Source: a virus
Reading direction: 5' to 3' (one strand)
Virus record (IMG/VR): IMGVR_UViG_3300027769_001114
Location: 1 to 64,000 of that record
DNA: 64,000 nucleotides
Part shown: in pieces, positions 1 through 8,600 of the stretch
Layout: each line of letters opens with the position of its first letter
Numbering within the stretch: position 1 is the first letter of the stretch
Notes under the pieces: model-generated
What the model was told of the DNA's origin: nothing
The model's input: the letters and a program-made list of their open reading frames with translations, nothing else
Databases searched by the model: none
Made by a program: the position numbers and the translations under genes

Positions 1-411
1 CTTCGTAAGAAGGACGGCGAACTGATCGAGGCTTTCTACGACGGTTCCGGAAAAGATCGTGGCTGGCAGCCGATTGAAGAAGACGCAATCGCCTTCGCAG
101 ACGACGCCATCTCGCCGGACGAAGCAATCGACATCGCCGAGGGCTTCATTGAGGGCAAGAGCCTGACCATCACCGTAAGTTCGTATGAGGGCGGAATGTC
201 CTACTGCGTCGAACTCGAAGGCAAGGACGGCTACTCGTACGACGTGTTCGTAGATCCGATTGAGGGCAAGGTTCTTGGAGCAGACCAATGGGAATACTCA
301 ACGACATCTGTTGAGCCAGGTATGCAAAAGGATGATGCCTTGATGGCAAGTTTGATGGAGTTTGAGGCACTTAGCGCGGAAGAAGAACTCCGCGAGAAGG
401 GTCTCATCTGA
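1..411 (+). CDS. 3' end of a gene (partial) with a C-terminal PepSY-like domain; possibly the tail of the prohead protease gene
   Basis: Frame 1 is open from base 1. It reads ISPDEAIDIAEGFIEGK...YCVELEGKDGYSYDVFVDPIEGKVLG, which fits the PepSY pattern. The protease identity is inferred from position only. Confidence 0.6.
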   Translation, partial: LRKKDGELIEAFYDGSGKDRGWQPIEEDAIAFADDAISPDEAIDIAEGFIEGKSLTITVSSYEGGMSYCVELEGKDGYSYDVFVDPIEGKVLGADQWEYSTTSVEPGMQKDDALMASLMEFEALSAEEELREKGLI

Positions 412-424
412 GGGAGGTAATGGA

Positions 425-733
425 ATGAAAAAAGTCATGCGCCAAGTGGGTAGCAATACCCCAAAAAATGTCTTTGACCTCTCGCCAAAGGTTGAAGAAG
501 TCGTTGCTGAAGCACCTGCCACAGAAGGACCAACAGGGCCTTTTACGGATTTGTTTTCAGTTCAAAAGGGTTTTGCTGAGGAAGTCAAGGTTGAAGAGGC
601 CGAGGCACAACCCGTCGCAGAAGCAGTTGTAGTCGAGGAACACACCCACGACGAGAACTGCGATCACCCTGCGGAGGAACAGGCCCCCAAGCGTTCGCGC
701 AAGAAGCAGGCCGAACCTTCAGACGCAGAATAA
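425..733 (+). CDS. hypothetical acidic/disordered protein
   Basis: GGAGG SD before ATG 425; E/A/P-rich; coding-like codon usage. Confidence 0.7.
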   Translation: MKKVMRQVGSNTPKNVFDLSPKVEEVVAEAPATEGPTGPFTDLFSVQKGFAEEVKVEEAEAQPVAEAVVVEEHTHDENCDHPAEEQAPKRSRKKQAEPSDAE

Positions 734-742
734 CGGTCGGCG

Positions 743-2827
743 ATGGACGCCGACAGGCGCATCAACGCCAATCAACGTAGATCCACGCTGTTCTCCGAGA
801 CCAAGACCATTGCGGTCAGGTCGGAGGAAGATGCGATGCTTGCCGATGTTGGGTACGACGATGTCCTTAATGATGTCCCGAATATGTCCCGTTGGGACAT
901 GAAGGTTGCCATCATGTCAAGAGGCATGTCAACAAGGGCGGTTCAACTTTTTGAGTCGCAACTTGAGAAAGGTCTGCGACCCGGCATCGGAGCGGTAAAC
1001 GCCGTCAAGAAGGGTGTCGCTGTCGTTGATGAGATGGGCAAGTTGCGTTGCCCTCCCGGCACTGCAAATGCCATGGAGTTCACGGACACTCTCGGCTCTA
1101 ACTGTGGGATACCTGGTTCAAGAGTCAAGCCAGAAGCGATTGGCGATGTGTCCAACATTGCTGGAGCGCAGAAGCTCCCTCGCATTGGTGATGCAGACAT
1201 TGCAAAGAACATAGTCAACGCCGCAACCCCCGCCATAGCCGTCAGGAGGGAGACGAAGACCTCGGGCAAGACGACCATGGACATTTCCAACTTTGACGAG
1301 GAGCAGGTCGGCAAGATGCTCTCGTTCCTCAAGGCCGCACCGGGCTTTGAGTGGATCGACCCCAAGAATCCCGAGCATGCACAGAAGGCGATCAACCAAC
1401 TGTCGGACAACCTCATGACCCTCATGGGTGAGACGACGGAGGAGCAACGCAAGAAATGGGCGCGTTGGTACGACATAGCGAACGAGTTTGACACCAGAAT
1501 CGCTAAAGAGATTGGCATTGACGTAATCACCATGCACGCCGTTACTGCGTCGTTGTCTCCGCAGAAAGACTGGGATCAGAACACGGCGATGGCCGAACAC
1601 CTCTCCCGCCTTCTCTCAGACAAGGAACACATCATGTCTGAGGAGACGGCGAAACAGGCCTACATCTACGCCTTGGGAGAATGGAACACTAGGCAAACCG
1701 GAGACAGGGGTTCTCATGCGAGTCGCATCAAGAGGATAGAGAAGGACATCGCCGACACCAGGGCGAAGATTTCTGAGAACGAAGGCAAGGACGGGAAGAA
1801 GGCCGCCAATGCCATTGCCTTCAACACGGCAAAACTTGAAACCCTTGAACAGAAGTTATTGCTTGCCAAGAAGGACATGTCCGACGATATTGAGCCAACC
1901 ATGGAGGACTTCCTCGGTAAGAACATCTCGGAGATGGATGTATTCAACGCCGCCGCATCCATCAGGGCGCACAGTGAGATTGAGGGCGGGACATATCTAG
2001 GTATGCCCGAGTCTGAACTCAGTAAGAGTGACATCAAGGAGGGCAAGTCCAAGAACAGACTTCTCTCATACAAAACGATATTTGGCAAGGGTGATCCCGG
2101 CGACCACGAGGTTGAGCCGAACCCCGGGTCTGCTGTTGCTGCAACTTCTTTCGGCACATACATGACCGCTATCAAGCTGTTCCGTTCGGGTGGCGACATG
2201 GACATCATTGACGCAGAACTGAACGGCACCAAGGTCAGGTCGTTCTTCAACAACATCGCTTTCCCAAACGACACCACCCACAAGGACGTCACCATCGACA
2301 CCCACGCTGTGGCAGGCAACCTAATGGTTCCCGTAGCGGCAGATCACTTGATTACATCATCGTTAGCCTTTACGCACGTGCAGTCAACCGGTACGGCGCG
2401 GGCGTATCCGCTCCTCAGGCAGGCCATGGTTCTGACCGCCGAGAGGTGGAAGGGCGAGACGGGAGAGGACTACCTGCCGAGGCAGATTCAGTCTATTACT
2501 TGGGAGAGAATGAGGGAACTCGTTCCCGACACCGCCAAGAAGTACCTCACCGACAGGATGGCTCAGATACAGAGGCTGGCGCACGGCCCTAACGCCGACG
2601 AACGTTTTGTGGGGGAAAAGGGCTTTGCGGCGGCGCAGAAACTCATTGACGCGGCGATGATCAGCCTGGAAGAAATCAACAAAGGCAAGAAGAAGGCAGA
2701 ACAAACATCGCGTACACAACTCATGGAAGACGCCATCAAGGAGATTGGACTACCCGACATGGGTCCCGAGGATCTTCTCCCAAGAGCCAAGAAGAAAGAC
2801 GCCGAGAAGGTCGTTGCTGAAAGTTGA
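743..2827 (+). CDS. 694-aa head-region polyvalent protein with an RCPPG motif and a C-terminal HhH-GPD/DNA-glycosylase-like helical domain
   Basis: Motifs RWY...ASLSPQKDWDQN, KVRSFFNNI, DVTIDTHA, RQIQSITW; long ORF. Confidence 0.6.
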   Translation: MDADRRINANQRRSTLFSETKTIAVRSEEDAMLADVGYDDVLNDVPNMSRWDMKVAIMSRGMSTRAVQLFESQLEKGLRPGIGAVNAVKKGVAVVDEMGKLRCPPGTANAMEFTDTLGSNCGIPGSRVKPEAIGDVSNIAGAQKLPRIGDADIAKNIVNAATPAIAVRRETKTSGKTTMDISNFDEEQVGKMLSFLKAAPGFEWIDPKNPEHAQKAINQLSDNLMTLMGETTEEQRKKWARWYDIANEFDTRIAKEIGIDVITMHAVTASLSPQKDWDQNTAMAEHLSRLLSDKEHIMSEETAKQAYIYALGEWNTRQTGDRGSHASRIKRIEKDIADTRAKISENEGKDGKKAANAIAFNTAKLETLEQKLLLAKKDMSDDIEPTMEDFLGKNISEMDVFNAAASIRAHSEIEGGTYLGMPESELSKSDIKEGKSKNRLLSYKTIFGKGDPGDHEVEPNPGSAVAATSFGTYMTAIKLFRSGGDMDIIDAELNGTKVRSFFNNIAFPNDTTHKDVTIDTHAVAGNLMVPVAADHLITSSLAFTHVQSTGTARAYPLLRQAMVLTAERWKGETGEDYLPRQIQSITWERMRELVPDTAKKYLTDRMAQIQRLAHGPNADERFVGEKGFAAAQKLIDAAMISLEEINKGKKKAEQTSRTQLMEDAIKEIGLPDMGPEDLLPRAKKKDAEKVVAES

Positions 2828-2852
2828 CAGGCAATACTTGTTCATGTATCAT
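2824..2852 (+). promoter_or_regulatory. sigma70/SigA-type promoter for the 79-aa gene
   Basis: TTGACA (2824-2829), 17 nt, TATCAT (2847-2852); the -35 overlaps the upstream stop codon. Confidence 0.75.
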
Positions 2853-2878
2853 TTACAAGAAGAAACAAGGAGGAAAGT

Positions 2879-3118
2879 ATGAATAAGAAAAAAGAACCAC
2901 GATTACTAGAAATATCAGGCGATACGGCCGGAACCGGCATCGAGTCATTGTCGCTAGGCGATGAGGAACTCTTGAAGGTTATTTCAAGCGACTCGTTCCT
3001 AAAGCAGCTCCGCAAGGGAATGAAGGGTTTCTCGGAGGAGGAGATCAACAAGGCACTCCTGCGAGCAAAGTACTCGTTGTCACCACAGTCGGAAGACGAC
3101 GAAGAAGAAGAAGACTGA
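2879..3118 (+). CDS. small acidic-tailed protein, candidate immunity/partner of 743..2827
   Basis: AAGGAGG SD, own promoter, C-terminal EDDEEEED. Confidence 0.7.
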   Translation: MNKKKEPRLLEISGDTAGTGIESLSLGDEELLKVISSDSFLKQLRKGMKGFSEEEINKALLRAKYSLSPQSEDDEEEED

Positions 3119-3137
3119 AGGGTCTAGGATACGCAAC

Positions 3138-5315
3138 ATGCGTATAAAAGCCACACGGCCCGACCCCTTTGCGGTGATCGCATCATCCGTCAAGACGGCG
3201 GCGGCCTTCTCGTCCCCAAAGTCTGCCAAGGGCGACTGCGGGTGCGGATGTAGTGACTCCGTCTCAGGGGACATCGCCCCCGTGTCGTCTACAAAATCCA
3301 GGAGGGTCGATGCCGACCGACAGAGGGTCTCCGACCTCTCTTCGCACCTTGGTCTCATCGGGGGCAGGCGCAACATTGTTGACCTCAAGGTTGCGGCCAG
3401 GATTGCCGACGAAGGTTCAGGAAAAACTCCCGTTCACGATCCCAACGCTTATGTCGTGGGTCTTCCGTCAAGGTTTATTCAACAAAAAGCCGGCCTCGTT
3501 CGTTCCAATAGTCGTATTGGTAGGGCGGCGCAGGCTGTTGGCTCTGCCATCGTCCCCGGAGATATGTCGAGGGTGAGAAGTCCGATTAGGTCAACCATAT
3601 CTAGAGCCCTCACCCCAGGTGGTGGAGGTGGGTTGCCCGGCAGGATCGGCGGACAGCGGGTCGTTACTAGGTGTCCACCGGGATATGAACACGGCGGAAG
3701 GTTTTCTAATCGCACATTCACAAACTGCGGTATGCAGTTGTTTGAGGCAATCATCATGGCCGCCGAGGCGGCGACAGGCGACGGCGGTAATGGCGGCAAG
3801 CTTGGAATAGCCGGAACTCCAGCACCCTCAATCTTGAGGGGTGTTCGGGTAACGGCTGGCAAGTACACGGGCGAAGCCATAAATATCGCAAGGGCAGCAG
3901 ATGTGCCGCGCATGGCAAAGCCATCAGCAAAGAATAGAGATCAAGCGATTGCGAGTGTTGTCGGTGCGGCAAGTTCAGCCGAAGGCCCGTTCATTAGAAT
4001 GGTGAGGGCTGATGGAGTGACATTCTCTCCCGTTAGTGACATCGCAAGAATCGCTAAGCAGAGAAATAACCCCGACATGAAGGGAGCGACGTGGGTAACT
4101 GCGCTCAACTCTCCGAAGTCCATCGGCGGGCAGGAGTTAGCATTATTTGGTGCGGGCATCACGAGTATTAGGTATGCCGTTCCTGGTTCGGGTGAGATCA
4201 GGCTTGACGCAACCAAACCGATTGGACAAGCACGAGCAAGTGCTCTCATGAGGAAACTCACAACAGCCAGAAGAAAGACGGACGAGAACGGTTCCGCACT
4301 CAGGGAAATGGTCAGGCAATCGGCCGGCGACCTCGTCTATTCCGAGTCGTTCCCCAACATCGACAAGCCCAACGAACTCGTGGTCATCGCCAAGGGCAAG
4401 GAGAGGATGACTATGCCGAGGTGGGTCTACGAGGCCTGGTACTCGGACAAGTCCTCGGGTAAGGACAAGTCTTCTGGCTGGACCGTAGTTGACACCGTTG
4501 TGAACTCATCGTCGCAAGAAGCGATTGGCAAGGACATCAAAGCCGAAGCAACCGCTGAGTCACTTGCTGCACTGCCATCATTTGAGAGGGGCAAGGCTCT
4601 CGCTCTTGGTAAGTCAACCGATATTGGGATAGGCAGGACATCTGTAGCGATGAACGACGGCACTACCTGGATCGTTCACGGAGAGAACGCAGACTCGCAC
4701 ATAGGCATCGTCGTAGGTAACGACATTGCCAAGAGTCTCGGCATACACGCCCCGGACTCCTATTTGTTCGGCGAGAGCAATGCTCGCAGGGCGGTCGTTG
4801 AGTCGCCCGGGGAAATGACAGGGGTCAAGATGTCAAAAGATGATGTCATCTCGGACATTCCTGGTGAGCAACTTGCAAGGATTGCCATCGTTGACTACCT
4901 CACAAATAATCAGGGAAGGACGCCAGCTACGGTCGTCCCCGCCAAGGGCAAGGGAAGCAATGTCATCTCCATGTCCTCAGGGAGAAACGTTCTTTCTGGT
5001 GTTGGTGGGGCAAAAAAGCCTTCACAAAACGACTTCTCTTCCTACCTCAAGCAGGATGGTTCAAGCAAGTGGCTGATTGAGAAAGTCGCCGCCATGGAGA
5101 AGGTCAAGGAAAAAGTTGCCGCTATGTACGAACAAATGCTTCAACAAGCAGAACAGTTCGACTGGGACGCATATATTGACAGGCTCGCCATTGCTGGAAT
5201 CACCGAGGGGGAGAAAACTCACCTCGGCACAATGAAGGATCTCTACGCAATAAGGGTGAAACAGATGAGGTCATCAAGGAAGTCATTCCTTTCAGTTCTT
5301 GGCGTGATGTCATGA
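3138..5315 (+). CDS. 725-aa head-region protein with an RCPPG motif and a C-terminal degenerate HipA/PI3-4K-like pseudokinase
   Basis: IVVGNDIAKSLGIHAP...LARIAIVDYLTNNQGRTPATVV resembles the kinase D-x4-N-x-DR-x3-N region with the catalytic residues lost. Confidence 0.55.
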   Translation: MRIKATRPDPFAVIASSVKTAAAFSSPKSAKGDCGCGCSDSVSGDIAPVSSTKSRRVDADRQRVSDLSSHLGLIGGRRNIVDLKVAARIADEGSGKTPVHDPNAYVVGLPSRFIQQKAGLVRSNSRIGRAAQAVGSAIVPGDMSRVRSPIRSTISRALTPGGGGGLPGRIGGQRVVTRCPPGYEHGGRFSNRTFTNCGMQLFEAIIMAAEAATGDGGNGGKLGIAGTPAPSILRGVRVTAGKYTGEAINIARAADVPRMAKPSAKNRDQAIASVVGAASSAEGPFIRMVRADGVTFSPVSDIARIAKQRNNPDMKGATWVTALNSPKSIGGQELALFGAGITSIRYAVPGSGEIRLDATKPIGQARASALMRKLTTARRKTDENGSALREMVRQSAGDLVYSESFPNIDKPNELVVIAKGKERMTMPRWVYEAWYSDKSSGKDKSSGWTVVDTVVNSSSQEAIGKDIKAEATAESLAALPSFERGKALALGKSTDIGIGRTSVAMNDGTTWIVHGENADSHIGIVVGNDIAKSLGIHAPDSYLFGESNARRAVVESPGEMTGVKMSKDDVISDIPGEQLARIAIVDYLTNNQGRTPATVVPAKGKGSNVISMSSGRNVLSGVGGAKKPSQNDFSSYLKQDGSSKWLIEKVAAMEKVKEKVAAMYEQMLQQAEQFDWDAYIDRLAIAGITEGEKTHLGTMKDLYAIRVKQMRSSRKSFLSVLGVMS

Positions 5316-5593
5316 ACAAGGTGGCTTTCGTCAAGAATATAGATAGTGGAAAGTTCGCAGTTCTCGTTGAGACTGACGGTGGTGTGGACGCCATCGGAAC
5401 TTCACCCCATGGCAAGGAATGGTCGTCGTGGGTTGATGCACTCCCCCTTAGGGAACGCAGGAGGATTGAAGACATCCTCTGGTCACTCTCTGAAGCGCAG
5501 ACCGTAGACGGCCCAAGGACACCGACCAGGTTGGAAAGGGCGGAAATCACCGCACTTCTCAATGGCGAAAAGACAACTGAGGCTATTGCTTGA
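5312..5593 (+). CDS. small hypothetical protein coupled to the upstream gene
   Basis: ATGA start/stop overlap at 5312-5315. Confidence 0.7.
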   Translation: MNKVAFVKNIDSGKFAVLVETDGGVDAIGTSPHGKEWSSWVDALPLRERRRIEDILWSLSEAQTVDGPRTPTRLERAEITALLNGEKTTEAIA

Positions 5594-5661
5594 TCCAGTA
5601 GTACACCCTACGGTGGTAGTGTTTCTTCGTCAAGTAACTGCGTCCAGAACACAGCGGGGTC

Positions 5662-8600
5662 ATGCAAAAATCACGGGTAGAGTTCTCCGTCCTTACGCGT
5701 AAGGCCGCAATAGATGCTTCCTCCGTCGCCCTCGGCGTACGGATGGCCAGCCGTCTCTCGACGGGTAGAACTACTGCGTTTTCGCACAGCACCAAAGGTG
5801 TTCCATTCGTACAGACCGAACAGATTCAGTACGAGTTCCGTCAACCCAATGACAGAGTTCACTACGCACGACTTGAGGGTTTGACTAAGTCAGCCAACGA
5901 TCAGGCGATCAAGGCAAAGAGTCTCTCCCTGTCATCTGGCCCGGATATCATCCTGTGGCCAGAACAAGACGGTTCGTTTGACTTCAAGAAACTCGCTTCC
6001 ATCGGAAAACGTGGACGCGCCGCGGCGCAAGGGTACGACCCAGACGCAGACGATGCCGACGGCGACATGCTCGTTCAAGATGGCACGCCGTGGGAACGCC
6101 CCAAGACACCAAAGATTTCCAAGAGAGGTCAGAGGAAGCCCGGCAAGACTCGTGTTGCCGTCGCCTCTGGTCTAGAGAATGTTGCCGACAGGGTTGATCA
6201 AGCCGCGTCCAAACGTAGGTCTCGTAGGCAAGAACGCGGCCCGTTGAAGGAACGCATTGCGGGCAGGCTTGAGGGCGCTGCCGAACGGATTGACAAGAGG
6301 CGTTCGGGCAAGCCCGGCAAGCCCGATGGCGAACCACTAGAAAAGCCAAAGCGCAGTAGGGCAGGTCTTAGGGAGAGGTTCGGTGACTATGTCCTGGGCG
6401 ACCAACGCGAGAAACCGTCCAAGGACAAGCCAAGTAAAGAACCGGATACAACCCCCGACACGGCACCTGATGCCGAGCCAGATCTAGAACTTGAAGATTT
6501 TGCTCCACCGGATCCCAGCACGGCAAAACCCAAGACCCCCGTTGAGGACATCACCGCAACCGCAACCGCAACAGAAAAACTCCCCGGCAAAGTCATTGGC
6601 AAGCCTGAGGATGATAGGGCGTTTGCTATGGTCGCAGCCCGCAACTCTTCGTTGGCTAAGCCCAACCTTAAGGAAGGCGACGACAACAAACCGCAGAACC
6701 TTCATGTCGTAAAGAACGATGAAGGCAAGTTCGTCGTCGTTGACGACGAGAGGTTGAAGGCGATGGAGGGCGTAACGCCAGTCGCAACATTCAACGACGG
6801 TAAAGTTACGTCACTTGATGGCGAGCAGAAAAAGGCCAATAACAAGAAGGCATCAAACGAAAAGATTGACACTGCGCCGGGATGGGGACGTCAGGAGACC
6901 AATCGCAGTAGTGCCGAGGACAGTATCTCCAACATTGACAACACCTCCTACTATGGTCCGGCCGGCGCAAAGGGAGGAAGTAAAAAGTTTCAAGATGGCG
7001 AAGCGGCTCACCTTATTGAGTCGTCCGACGGTAAGTACTACCTGGTCGACGAAGAGAAACTACAGGCACTCGGCGTTGAGCCGATCAAGTCGTACAGAGC
7101 GGGCGAGGGTGAGTTCGTCTACGCCTCCGAGAAGCCGCCGAAAGTAACTCCGAGCAAGCCGAAGGAAGACATCGCCGTCGGCCAGATCCCCGGCGAAGGC
7201 CCGATGGAGAAGCCGTCGTTACCCGATGTTTCCGCAGACGCAAAGAAGAAGAAGCCAAAGAAGTCAAAACTTGATGGCAAGCAGGACGGCAAGTATCAGA
7301 AAGAAATAACCGCCTACGTTCGAGCTAATAAGTTGTCCTCAGAGGACGGCAAGGACAGGTATGTCGTTGATGCCCCAGGCGGCGGTTACGCCATCGTTGA
7401 CAAGGAACGACTTGACGCAATGGGCGTTGAACCGTTGTCAACGCACTCAAAGGGCAAGGGCTCATCAAAACGCAATGCTCTAGAAGCCGATGCTCCCGAG
7501 GCAGAGAAACCGAAGAAGCCGTCCGTCACTACAACGCAACCACCAGAACCAGAAACCGAAAAGGATTCAGTCCCCGAATGGCTAAAGCCAAAACCAGAAG
7601 AACCAGAGCCAGAAAAGCCTGAGTTCCCCGCATGGCTGAAGCCCAAGGATCCAGAGGCGGAAAAGCCAGAAGTAGAAAAGCCAGAAGCCCCCGAGGCGAA
7701 GAAGCCAAAGGAAGTTGCCCCGGCCAAGAAACTCACGGCAAAGAAGACTCCGAAGCAGAGCATCCAGTATCTGAACCAAGAAGTTGACAAGGCGCAGAAA
7801 CTCTACGACGCTGGCGACAAGGAAGGCGCAACGGCGTACGCCAAGCAGTCAATGGCGAACATTGACGAGGCTCGCAAGGAGGGTCTACTCAGGGCGAACG
7901 AGTACACCGCTGAGTCATTCATGGCTCAGATTGACGAACTCCGTTGGCACGCCGACGGTCATCCGGGACTCGAAGACGACACGGAACCTGAAACCCCTGC
8001 AGCACTTGAGACACCGAAGGACCAAGTTCCGTCACAACTAAGTGCCAAGCCGTATAACGACTTGAACTCCCTCATTGAGAAGGCAAAGAAAGACAAGGAT
8101 CCAGGCAGTTTTGACGATGCTGATGCGCTCGTCAACGAAATGATCAAGGTACGTGCGAAAGAACTAATGAAGTCTGGGTTGTGGCCCAAGGATTACGGCA
8201 ACGACTCAATATACGCGGGTCTCACAAAACAACGAGACGACATTGCGAGCCTCAGGGAAGAGGTCGCATCTGCCGCTGGTTACGGCACGACTAAGCCTGA
8301 GGCGAAGAAGCCAAAGAAGCCAGCAAAGATCACGCCTGGGATGAACCTTTCTGGTCTTGACCTGACTGAGTACGTGCTCAACGACGGTGGCATTGAACTC
8401 AAGGGCAGAGACCTGTCCAACACGAACTTGTCTGGCCTTGATCTCAGCAATATGAACATGACCGGGGCAAACCTCAGGGGTGCGAACCTGACTAATACCA
8501 GCCTTGAGGGCGTTGACCTTACTGACGCTGATTTGACCGGAGCCGTACTTGACGGCGCGGCCATGAGGAACGCTGAACTGGGGGGTGCAAACTTTGCGGG

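Noticed and set aside
943-2319. Several 160-200-aa minus-strand ORFs (and many similar ones across the window)
   Set aside because: They are antisense shadows of long genes caused by codon bias, with no recognisable motifs.
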